Made by a program: the position numbers and the translations under genes
Notes under the pieces: model-generated
What the model was told of the DNA's origin: nothing
Seen by the model: only the letters and a program-made list of their open reading frames with translations
The model's database searches: none
Part shown: positions 10,088-17,605 of the stretch, in pieces
How positions within the stretch are numbered: the first letter of the stretch is position 1
Layout: every line of letters begins with the position of its first letter
Assembly: GCA_007376295.1 (NCBI GenBank)
Contig: VMGB01000001.1
Coordinates: forward strand, 80,424-144,423
Source: Parcubacteria group bacterium Gr01-1014_13
GTDB taxonomy: Bacteria; Patescibacteriota; Patescibacteriia; Magasanikbacterales; GWA2-37-8
Length of the DNA stretch: 64,000 nucleotides
Direction: 5' to 3'

Positions 10088-11221
10088 TTATTCAGTAACC
10101 TTGAGCGTGCCCCACTGGCCATTTATTTTGTGGCCTGGTTTGGAACAGTAATAGACAAAATCTCCCGTTTTGTCTGCGGTAAATTCAACTATCACTTCCT
10201 GATTCAGAGGCAGCTCTTCAGTAACCCTAAATTCATTAATTAAAAAATCGTGTATACCCAGGGTGTTGGTGATCTTAATTCTAACCCTATCTCCTTTTTT
10301 TACAACCATTTCCGGCAGGGAAAAAGCTGGTTTTTTGAGCGTCGGATCATAGTAAGCGGTCATGGTAAATTCTTTTACCGATTCGTTTGGGGAATTTTTT
10401 TTGGAAGTTTGGCTATCGCCCTTTAAATTTTTATTTAAGAAATCAACGGTTTTTTTCCAAGCATCTTTTGTTTCATCTGCCGCGTAGTTCATTCCTGAAG
10501 GATTGGCAAAAGCGTGTCCTACGCCTGGGTAGATATGAATTTCATTTGGCGTGCCAAGTTTGTCCAGGGCGGCATCAAATTGGTTTACACTTTCCATGCT
10601 TATAGACGTGTCTTTATCTCCAAATATGCCAAGCACCGGCCATTTGATGGCTTTAAGTTTTTCGGTGGTAGTGGCCAAGCGTCCATAGTAAATAATGGTG
10701 GCATCCATCTTTTCACCGGAAAGCGCTAGCAACAAAGATTGTCCGCCGCCGAAACACCAACCAATAGAAGCGATTTTAGTAACCCCCTGATCTTTTAGAT
10801 ATTTTACTGCCGCCTTCATATTTTTAGTGCCCACTTCTTGGCTAAAATTTGCTGTAAGCGCGCGGGCTTCTTCTTGAGTTTCTACGGATTTACCCAAAAG
10901 GTCTACAGCCAAAACCATGTATCCTTCTCGAGCAAGTTGTTTGGCCATATTGCGAATATTGTCGTTAAGTCCGCGATTCTCATGGATCATAACAATACCC
11001 GGATATTCTCCAGCTTTTTCCGGTCTGGCCAAAAATCCTTTGGCTTGTTCAAAGTAATTTACATCGCTTGTAACTACAGCGTAGCTTCCTTCGCCAGATA
11101 GCATTTCTGAATTTTTTATATTTTTATCTGCGGGAGTAGCGGCTTGTTTTGATTTTGACATAAACAAACCGGCTCCGATAACTAGTATGACGGCCAAAAG
11201 AGGGAATAATAATTTACGCAT
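10088..11221 (-). CDS. secreted dienelactone-hydrolase-family esterase fused to a C-terminal cupredoxin-like domain
   Basis: Signal peptide 'LLAVILVIGAGLF'. DLH motifs 'GIVMIHENRGL' and nucleophile elbow 'IGWCFGG'. C-terminal ~95 aa has a cupredoxin ligand pattern 'GIHDF...YYCSKPGHKINGQWG'. Confidence 0.6.
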   Translation of the reverse strand: MRKLLFPLLAVILVIGAGLFMSKSKQAATPADKNIKNSEMLSGEGSYAVVTSDVNYFEQAKGFLARPEKAGEYPGIVMIHENRGLNDNIRNMAKQLAREGYMVLAVDLLGKSVETQEEARALTANFSQEVGTKNMKAAVKYLKDQGVTKIASIGWCFGGGQSLLLALSGEKMDATIIYYGRLATTTEKLKAIKWPVLGIFGDKDTSISMESVNQFDAALDKLGTPNEIHIYPGVGHAFANPSGMNYAADETKDAWKKTVDFLNKNLKGDSQTSKKNSPNESVKEFTMTAYYDPTLKKPAFSLPEMVVKKGDRVRIKITNTLGIHDFLINEFRVTEELPLNQEVIVEFTADKTGDFVYYCSKPGHKINGQWGTLKVTE

Positions 11222-11259
11222 ATAATTTAAAACTATTTAATAGGGTTAAGTATGATTAA

Positions 11260-11580
11260 TTATACCACAGCTTTTTCTATTTTTAATATCCTTCTTTTCA
11301 TCTCAGCACCTCGGTTGTATTCACCCAATTTTCCATCGGAACGGATTACGCGGTGGCAGGGGATGTCTGGCGCATAATTTTTCTTTAGAGCAGAGCCTAC
11401 GGCCCGATAAGCGTGTGGACGTCCCATTTTTTGCGCCACTTGTTTGTAGGTGAGGGTTTGGCCTTTGGGAATTTTTTTCACCACGGCGTAAACTTTTTCT
11501 TGGAATGGGGTCATAGGATAGCGGTGTGTGATTGATGTTGTCGGAATTACAACCAAGTTAGAAGCAAGAACGCGCCGCAA
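11260..11580 (-). CDS. ogt: methylated-DNA--protein-cysteine methyltransferase (Ogt/MGMT), C-terminal catalytic domain only
   Basis: Active-site 'IPCHRVIRSDGKLGEY'. Only ~106 aa; it lacks the usual N-terminal domain. Confidence 0.75.
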   Translation of the reverse strand: MRRVLASNLVVIPTTSITHRYPMTPFQEKVYAVVKKIPKGQTLTYKQVAQKMGRPHAYRAVGSALKKNYAPDIPCHRVIRSDGKLGEYNRGAEMKRRILKIEKAVV

Positions 11581-11926
11581 AATAGTCCGCTGCTGTTGGT
11601 TGGGCGCCAGCTTTAATTTCGTTGGCGCGTTTGTCTCCTAATTTAGCATAAAAACACTGTTTCATAGCTGGAGTAATGGTAGTTGGCAAGGTTGCAGGGT
11701 CAATACCAATTTTTTCTAGCGCTTTTTCTTGAGTAGGTGATAAAAGAGGATTTTTATCAGTAGTATTACCACTTTCTTTGGTTGTGGATGCGGGTTGGCC
11801 GGTTAAACTTTTGATAATAGGTTTTATTCCGTACGGATCAGTTATGTATAGGTACGCGCCAACAACTAAAAGTATAAAAAATATTACCCCGAGAGTAGTA
11901 AAAAATATTTGTAAAAATTTTTTCAT
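11558..11926 (-). CDS. hypothetical single-pass membrane protein
   Basis: Start set at 'MKKFLQIFFTTLGVIFFILLVVGAY' to avoid overlap with the upstream lipoprotein gene. Low-complexity extracellular region. Confidence 0.35.
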   Translation of the reverse strand: MKKFLQIFFTTLGVIFFILLVVGAYLYITDPYGIKPIIKSLTGQPASTTKESGNTTDKNPLLSPTQEKALEKIGIDPATLPTTITPAMKQCFYAKLGDKRANEIKAGAQPTAADYFAARSCF

Positions 11927-11963
11927 ATTTTTAATATCACAATGGATGAGAGAATAAGTTGAT

Positions 11964-12161
11964 TTAAGGACATTTTGCAAATTCGCATTTTGGGCCACTG
12001 CGGCCGACATAAGAACCGTCTGGGCATTGCTTAGCGTCCATAGTACACATTACTGGTTCGGTGGGCGAGGTGTTTTCTTCACTCCTATCATTTTTAGCAA
12101 CAACACATCCACCGCCGGTTAAAATTAACAAAGCCACTAGGCCTAGAAATACTTTTTTCAT
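11964..12161 (-). CDS. small secreted/lipoprotein-like Cys-rich protein (65 aa)
   Basis: Signal peptide plus lipobox-like 'LTGGGC'. 6 Cys in the mature region. Confidence 0.4.
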   Translation of the reverse strand: MKKVFLGLVALLILTGGGCVVAKNDRSEENTSPTEPVMCTMDAKQCPDGSYVGRSGPKCEFAKCP

Positions 12162-12221
12162 AAATTTTTGTATTTTATTATAATTCTTAATGTTACTATA
12201 TAACTTTTATATTATATGGGC

Positions 12222-12258
12222 AATAGGGTATTGACTATGCCATTAAATTGTGCTGTAA
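12222..12258 (+). promoter_or_regulatory. putative sigma70-type promoter for ridA (TTGACT ... TGTAATAAT)
   Basis: -35-like TTGACT followed ~17 nt later by a TG-extended AT-rich -10-like element. Confidence 0.3.
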
Positions 12259-12307
12259 TAATTGGAGATCTTTGAATATAGACTATAAAACAGAGAGGGG
12301 GGGTGCC

Positions 12308-12781
12308 ATGAGAACATATCTGTTTACGAAGAGAGCGCCAACGCCTGGCCCCTACAGTCAGGCAATTTGTGTCGAAGATGCTGGCAAAATGATTTTTTTG
12401 TCAGGTCAAACTGGAAATATTCCGGGAATCAAAGGTGAACCAGTTATTGCCGGTGGCCTTGGTCCTCAAACCACTCAGGCATTAAAGAATATTTTGGCTA
12501 TCGTTGAAACTGTTGGTGGTAAGATTCAGCATATTGTGGAATTAAAGATTTTTCTCAAGGATAGCGAGGCGTCCAAGGAAGAGAGGCCGCTGGCAAGAGC
12601 TGCTGCGAGAAAAACTCTTAATGAAGCCTATGAGGAGTTCTTTTTTCAGTATGGTCATTCCAGAGAAAGAAAAAATCTTCCTGCCAGAACCATGGTTTGG
12701 GTGTCGGAAGTGCCATTGGAATTTCCGGCCGAAGATACTTTGGTAGAGATAACCGCCATAGCGGTTATTCCAAAGCGTTGA
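12308..12781 (+). CDS. ridA: RidA/YjgF-family reactive-intermediate deaminase
   Basis: 'RTYLFTKRAPTPGPYSQAICVEDAGKMIFLSGQTG'. Start set at ATG 12308. Confidence 0.75.
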   Translation: MRTYLFTKRAPTPGPYSQAICVEDAGKMIFLSGQTGNIPGIKGEPVIAGGLGPQTTQALKNILAIVETVGGKIQHIVELKIFLKDSEASKEERPLARAAARKTLNEAYEEFFFQYGHSRERKNLPARTMVWVSEVPLEFPAEDTLVEITAIAVIPKR

Positions 12782-12832
12782 TTTTTTAAAAAGCAACGCA
12801 CAAATTTATAGGTCGCTTACTAGCGGCCTTTT

Positions 12833-13009
12833 TCATTTCTTAGGAGGAACTTTGGCGCCGCTTTTTCTAGCTTCGGACAAGCCGATAGCAATAGCCTGTT
12901 TCCTGCTAGTAACTTTTTTTCTACTTTTTCCGGATTTTAAAGTTCCGGTTTTGTATTCATGCATTACTTTTTTCATTTTTTTCTTTGTCTTTGGTCCATA
13001 TTTTGGCAT
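12833..13009 (-). CDS. small basic (Lys-rich) protein, unknown function
   Basis: 'MPKYGPKTKKKMKK...KQAIAIGLSEARKSGAKVPPKK'; start set at the internal Met. Confidence 0.4.
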   Translation of the reverse strand: MPKYGPKTKKKMKKVMHEYKTGTLKSGKSRKKVTSRKQAIAIGLSEARKSGAKVPPKK

Positions 13010-13138
13010 ATTTATTATTAAATGAATAAAAATAACCACTCAGGGTAAATTATCCCATATTATCTATGAAATAAGTATGAAGTATTTTTAAAGTAAAAGA
13101 TATTTAAAACCACTCTAATACATAGAGTGGTTGCTATT

Positions 13139-13648
13139 TTATAGCATTTCGGTTTTGATTTTTTCAATCAGTGGGCCGTGGGTGCAGCGGAAAATGAAAC
13201 CGTCGTCAAGTTTAATATCATGAGTCGTGTGATGCGGCCGTTCTACTTTTATCACACTCTCCGACCATTCTAGAATTGCGATCATTGCATGATACGTTAA
13301 AGAGGTAGGGAAAACTTCGACATGATCAAATCCATTTTTTTGAGAATTATCCGGTTTTTGATCGGAAAGTTCGAGGAAATTGATTTCTCCCAACGCTGTG
13401 TTGATGCCACGCTTTAATTTTATGTAAGCAATTCGGCGCCCAGAAATAATGCTTTGGTAGATATATTCACTTGTAGATTCTAGCAGAGTTCGTATAAAAT
13501 CAAATGATTCTTTTGATTCGCATTTATAACAAATATGATCTGCTCTAGTTTTTCCTTGAAGGTCGTATTTGTTTGCAAAATCGTTAAAAGAGCGCATTGA
13601 TTTTTCTGCTTCAATGTAAAATTCGTCGAGTGTTTTAATGATATCCAT
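13139..13648 (-). CDS. YecM-like VOC (glyoxalase-fold) family protein
   Basis: 'RADHICYKCES' and 'NGFDHVEVFP' resemble E. coli YecM motifs 'ADHISLRCH' and 'EGWEHIEIV' (from memory). Confidence 0.45.
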   Translation of the reverse strand: MDIIKTLDEFYIEAEKSMRSFNDFANKYDLQGKTRADHICYKCESKESFDFIRTLLESTSEYIYQSIISGRRIAYIKLKRGINTALGEINFLELSDQKPDNSQKNGFDHVEVFPTSLTYHAMIAILEWSESVIKVERPHHTTHDIKLDDGFIFRCTHGPLIEKIKTEML

Positions 13649-13692
13649 GAAATTATTATATATTAAAAATAACCCTATTGTATAGGGTTATC

Positions 13693-13783
13693 TGGCGGAG
13701 AGGGAGAGATTCGAACTCTCGAGGGATTTTACTCCCTGCCACGTTAGCAGTGTGGTGCCTTCAACCATCTCGGCCACCTCTCC
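13693..13783 (-). tRNA. tRNA-Ser (anticodon GCU), class II with long variable arm, CCA encoded
   Basis: Reverse complement folds as a cloverleaf. Perfect 7-bp acceptor stem GGAGAGG/CCTCTCC, discriminator G, encoded CCA. Anticodon loop CU-GCU-AA, long variable arm, T-loop GTTCGAATC. Confidence 0.85.
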
Positions 13784-13889
13784 ATATTGTTCCGATATTC
13801 TATCAGAAAATCGTATTTAGTCAATGGCTCTCGACAAATTATTAATATCAAGTTAAACTAAAAATAATCTAAAGATTAACTTTAATATT

Positions 13890-13997
13890 ATGCAAAATCA
13901 GGAAGAAGATATTGACGTATGGGACGAAGTGGTTGATTTTACAAAAATAAAAAAAGGAGGGATAAAGGTAGAAGAGATTCTATCTCGTTTGTAGAAT
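13890..13997 (+). CDS. possible small acidic ORF (35 aa, MQNQEEDIDVWDEVVDFTKIKKGGIKVEEILSRL)
   Basis: Short ATG-initiated ORF in the 350-bp gap between tRNA-Ser and the island genes. No homology recognised. Confidence 0.15.
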
Positions 13998-14131
13998 AAT
14001 TTATAGAGTAGAGTATAGCCAAGTTTATTTGTTGGCCATAGAGAAAAGGAGCGAAAATACATATAAAGATATTTAAAAAAATAGCGTGGCCAATGTGTTA
14101 GCCACGCTGAAAGGACAAATTTATTCTTTTT

Positions 14132-14617
14132 CTAGAAACGATGTTTGATGTAATACCAAACGTCACCATTGTCAATCCACTTGCATACCTCTTGAAGAAT
14201 TATGGTTTCGACAGATTCTGCCAGGTTTTCGGCAGAATACACGCGTTGGTTGGAGCAGCGCAGGCCACTATACCTCCAAAATAGGCCGCTTACAGAAATT
14301 CCGAGTGAAACTTTCTCCGTTCCCATTACCTGTCCGTTAAAGAAGCATAGGTCTGATCCATGCGACGCCTTCATCAATTCCTTACCATCGTCGCTTTCTC
14401 TTAGCTCTGTGGCCCAGAGAAAAATCTTGGTTGCGTACTCCAAGCCATTTTTTAGTCTGGCGATACGAAGATTTTTTTGTTTTGCTTCTCTTTTTTGTTT
14501 GATCAGCTTCTCCGATTTTTCTTTTTTCAATCTTTTCTTGTATAATCTTTGAGCAAGCTCGTGGATGTCTTTAGGAATGTTGAAGGCGGTTTTGTCTGTC
14601 GGGACCTTCTTGTTCAT
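14132..14617 (-). CDS. hypothetical protein with basic N-terminus; possibly a third diverged paralog of the two upstream genes
   Basis: K/R-rich N-terminus ('KKRLKKEKSEKLIKQKREAKQKN'). Shares weak 'LW..E', 'NGQ' and 'LGIS' spacing with the paralogs at 14617 and 15250. Start overlaps the stop of the upstream gene. Confidence 0.4.
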   Translation of the reverse strand: MNKKVPTDKTAFNIPKDIHELAQRLYKKRLKKEKSEKLIKQKREAKQKNLRIARLKNGLEYATKIFLWATELRESDDGKELMKASHGSDLCFFNGQVMGTEKVSLGISVSGLFWRYSGLRCSNQRVYSAENLAESVETIILQEVCKWIDNGDVWYYIKHRF

Positions 14618-15225
14618 TAGCTATTTCCTTTTGAGGAGGTGGTAACTTTGTTGATTTTCATCAACTCTTCCAGAGCTTTTTTGTCTCTGGCTTTGTCCAA
14701 ATCATTGGTGCGTTCCACCGGAATACCAATAACTTTAAAATCTTCGCGGCCGTGTTTGAGCACGGGGATATTGCATTTTTTGGCCGTCTCTATGGCCAAA
14801 TCTTTGGCCCATTTATACAAAAGATCTTCCGACAACCTAATCTGGCGGTATCTGCCTTGTTTGGCATTTTTGTCTTGCCAGTTTAGGTCTATGTGCCAGT
14901 TACGACTGCGGTGAGGATGATGTCTCGAAGACGGACCAGACTCCCAAAGAGCAAGATGTGGCATTACCAGCAAAGCATCTCGGATAGCTTCGTGTTCCGG
15001 ATATTTATCCATTTGCGTCGGTTTGCATTTTTCGCAAGGCCGGTAGCCGCATTTGATAGCGTCTTTCCAGCTGGCAAAGAAAACACGGTTTTCTTTGAGC
15101 ATACGTTTACCAGACTTACAATCCAGCCGGCCAAATATTTTGTGTGTGGTATTACCGGCGTAGACACCAGGGATAAGAGTGATTATTTGCTCACCCTGTT
15201 TGTTTAGCAACTTGTACTGCTTCAT
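14617..15225 (-). CDS. Ada-type Zn-binding (methylphosphotriester-DNA binding) domain fused to an unrecognised conserved domain
   Basis: 'NTTHKIFGRLDCKSGKRMLKENRVFFASWKDAIKCGYRPCEKCKP' matches E. coli N-Ada as I recall it, except the first (methyl-acceptor) Cys is Gly. C-terminal half is paralogous to gene 15250..15633. SD 'AAGGAG' lies 6 nt upstream of the ATG. Confidence 0.55.
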   Translation of the reverse strand: MKQYKLLNKQGEQIITLIPGVYAGNTTHKIFGRLDCKSGKRMLKENRVFFASWKDAIKCGYRPCEKCKPTQMDKYPEHEAIRDALLVMPHLALWESGPSSRHHPHRSRNWHIDLNWQDKNAKQGRYRQIRLSEDLLYKWAKDLAIETAKKCNIPVLKHGREDFKVIGIPVERTNDLDKARDKKALEELMKINKVTTSSKGNS

Positions 15226-15249
15226 CGCTAACTCCTTGTGTAGTTTTTT

Positions 15250-15633
15250 CTAAAACGCAGAAGTGAACCTGATAGCTTTTTTGCTAGTCTGTAACTCTGC
15301 GACAGATTTTTTCTTTTTCGCGCTGGATTTTTTTGTCGGTACCCACAACACAGTGAATCCCACAACATCGTGCTCTATCACCGGCAGGTTATATGAAATG
15401 CCAAGAGCGATCGCAACCGGTTTTGCTTTATCGTATACAAAGTGATTTGTCAAACTAAGACAGCAGTCTATTGTTTGGCCGTTATTTTTTTCTTGCCAGT
15501 TCAGAGCCATATACCAGGTGCAGTCTGGTTTGTTGCGATCTGGCGGCGGACCTGATTTCCACATAGCAATGTGTGGCTTCGCTTCCAACTTTAAATTCTT
15601 CAAAAACTTTTTTTGTTTTTCTTGTTGACCCAC
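15250..15633 (-). CDS. stand-alone paralog of the unrecognised domain ('PH[IL]A[ML]W[KE]SGP...LNWQ[ED]KN')
   Basis: Motif-for-motif match to the C-half of the gene at 14617. Start set at GTG 15633, preceded by AGGAGG and clear of the ABC-F stop. ORF-track start is 15711. Confidence 0.45.
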   Translation of the reverse strand: MGQQEKQKKFLKNLKLEAKPHIAMWKSGPPPDRNKPDCTWYMALNWQEKNNGQTIDCCLSLTNHFVYDKAKPVAIALGISYNLPVIEHDVVGFTVLWVPTKKSSAKKKKSVAELQTSKKAIRFTSAF

Positions 15634-15673
15634 GAGGCCTCCTGTTGATAAATAGCTGATGTTAATATACAGC

Positions 15674-17146
15674 TTAAAGTGTTTCCAAATCAAGAGTCTG
15701 GGTAATACCAATTTGATCCACGAATTCTGGTACGTGGCTAACGAGGATTATTGCGCCTTCAAATTCATCTAGGGCTTTGGCGATGATAGGTAAGTGGCGG
15801 AAGTTTATATGATTAGTCGGTTCGTCCATGATAAGAAGCCCAGGTTTTTGTAAAACAAATCTGGCATAGCAAAGCAAACCTTTTTGTCCTTCAGAAAGCG
15901 AACCGACTTTGTTTTTTAAAATTTCCGAAGACAGCAAAAACATGGCAGCAGTAGCGTAAATTTCTTGATTAAATGGATTTGGCATCATTTCTTCCAGCGC
16001 TTGATAAGCGGTTTTATCAAAATCTAATCCAGAAAAATCTTGGCGGTAGTAGCCAACACGCACATCGGGAGTAATTACCGCACCTTCATTGGTACCATCG
16101 GCGAGAGCTTGGAGAAGTGTGCTTTTGCCGATGCCGTTTGGGCCTTTGATAAGCAGACGTTGTCTTTTGCGCACAGTAATGGCTGGAGAAATATTTTTTT
16201 GCACCGGTTCATGATCTATCATTACACCCACGGAATTTATTTCCACCATCGGTCCGATAATTTCTGGTTGTGAAGGAATAGTAAATTCATTTATAGTTTT
16301 ATCTTCTCGGCGTTCATCTACCATATCTTCTTCGGCTTCTTCTACTTGGTCGCGTAGTTTGCTGGCCAAGGCGCGCATCTTACCGCCTTTGTTGGCGAAA
16401 AAGTTTATTTTATCTTTTCTATCCTGAATACTTTTGCGTAATTGGGCGTTTTTGGCGCGTTCGCGTTCAATGCGGGCTTCGATTTCTCCCAGTACGCTAT
16501 AGTAGTCGCCAACGTATTGTTCGATTTTATGTGTAAAGGAATCCAAATACAGCACGCCGTCGGTAAAAGAATTTAAAAAATTGGCGTCGTGGGAAATAAC
16601 CAGACAAGTTTTAGGGTAGGACATTAGAAAAGCAGTAAGGTGCTCTATTCCTTGAGTGTCCAAATTGTTGGTTGGTTCATCAAGAAGTAAAATATCCGGT
16701 TTTTGAATTAACGCATAAGCCAAAAGAAGTCTGGCCTGCTGTCCACCGGAAAACTGTTTAATTTTTTTATCCAGTGGTGCTTTGAGGTGCACGATATTTA
16801 AAACTTCGTTTATGCGTTTTGGTAAATCAAATATTTTTTTATCAAAGGTTTGGCCAAAAAATTCTTCCACAGTTTTTTCTAGGTTTTCTGGCTTCATGAC
16901 TTGGGTAGCAATGGCAATACTAGCTCCAAGACTGGTGTTGGCTTGGCCGTTTTCTGGTTTTAAATCTTTGGTGATTAATTTAAAAATGGTGCTTTTGCCA
17001 GCGCCGTTTTGGCCCATGATGGTGAATTTGGAATTTTCACGCACAGAAAAACTGGCCTCATCCAAAATGGGTTTATTCTCGTCGTAAGCAAATGATACTT
17101 CGTCGAAAGAGATAATTACGTTACCGTGACTAGACATAGTGGGCAT
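15674..17146 (-). CDS. ABC-F family ATPase (two tandem ABC domains, no TMD; EttA/Uup-like translation factor)
   Basis: Two Walker A motifs ('GQNGAGKST', 'GPNGIGKST'), two ABC signatures ('FSGGQQAR', 'LSEGQKG') and a linker between them. Confidence 0.85.
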   Translation of the reverse strand: MPTMSSHGNVIISFDEVSFAYDENKPILDEASFSVRENSKFTIMGQNGAGKSTIFKLITKDLKPENGQANTSLGASIAIATQVMKPENLEKTVEEFFGQTFDKKIFDLPKRINEVLNIVHLKAPLDKKIKQFSGGQQARLLLAYALIQKPDILLLDEPTNNLDTQGIEHLTAFLMSYPKTCLVISHDANFLNSFTDGVLYLDSFTHKIEQYVGDYYSVLGEIEARIERERAKNAQLRKSIQDRKDKINFFANKGGKMRALASKLRDQVEEAEEDMVDERREDKTINEFTIPSQPEIIGPMVEINSVGVMIDHEPVQKNISPAITVRKRQRLLIKGPNGIGKSTLLQALADGTNEGAVITPDVRVGYYRQDFSGLDFDKTAYQALEEMMPNPFNQEIYATAAMFLLSSEILKNKVGSLSEGQKGLLCYARFVLQKPGLLIMDEPTNHINFRHLPIIAKALDEFEGAIILVSHVPEFVDQIGITQTLDLETL

Positions 17147-17236
17147 ATACTAACAGAAAAAAAGGCCGCGGTCAACCAGTATGCTTGTATTTGTCTATGA
17201 TTTTATGGTAACCTAAGCCCACAGGAGGAAACAAAC

Positions 17237-17443
17237 ATGGTTGGACCAGTAGGACAAGCAGGGCCTTGGGGGCCGAACGGATTTTTCACCAGAGTAAAGC
17301 GCGGAACAAATTTTGCGCTTGTCGGTGTAGGCGTTGCTGCTATCGCAAGTTTTTTCATACCAATTGTTCCGCTCGTGGCAGTATTAAGCGCCGGCGGCGT
17401 TGGCGGCGCAGCAATCGCAAAGGCGACCGGAAAGAAAAAATAA
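17237..17443 (+). CDS. small hydrophobic Gly/Ala-rich membrane peptide (68 aa)
   Basis: Stand-alone unit: SD 'AGGAGG' upstream of the ATG and an intrinsic terminator immediately downstream. Two hydrophobic segments; ends KKK. Confidence 0.4.
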   Translation: MVGPVGQAGPWGPNGFFTRVKRGTNFALVGVGVAAIASFFIPIVPLVAVLSAGGVGGAAIAKATGKKK

Positions 17444-17461
17444 AGTAGGAGAAGTATTTAT

Positions 17462-17490
17462 GCCTCGCAAATGCGAGGCTTTATTTTTAA
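17462..17490 (+). terminator. rho-independent terminator (GCCTCGC-AAAT-GCGAGGC + T-tract)
   Basis: 7-bp GC-rich perfect stem followed by TTTATTTTT. Confidence 0.6.
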
Positions 17491-17605
17491 GTGAAATGAG
17501 AGTTGCCGTATTTATCCACAGCTGAAAATAAAAAAATGTGGTATAATTAATTTATCAAAGAGGGGAAAGCAATCTCGAAAAATTCGGGATTGTTTTTTTA
17601 TACAA

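Noticed and set aside
13649-15711. Classic tRNA-integrated mobile element at tRNA-Ser.
   Set aside because: The foreign-looking genes lie on the 5' side of the tRNA, not at its 3' end. No integrase/recombinase or direct repeat of the tRNA 3' segment is visible in the window. The region is therefore called an island of uncertain origin rather than an integrative element.
17266-17448. Arg-rich ORF in an alternative frame overlapping the small peptide gene.
   Set aside because: Its composition (RRRRWRRSNRK) is typical of a frame-shifted translation of a Gly/Ala-rich gene. The SD is positioned for the 17237 start.
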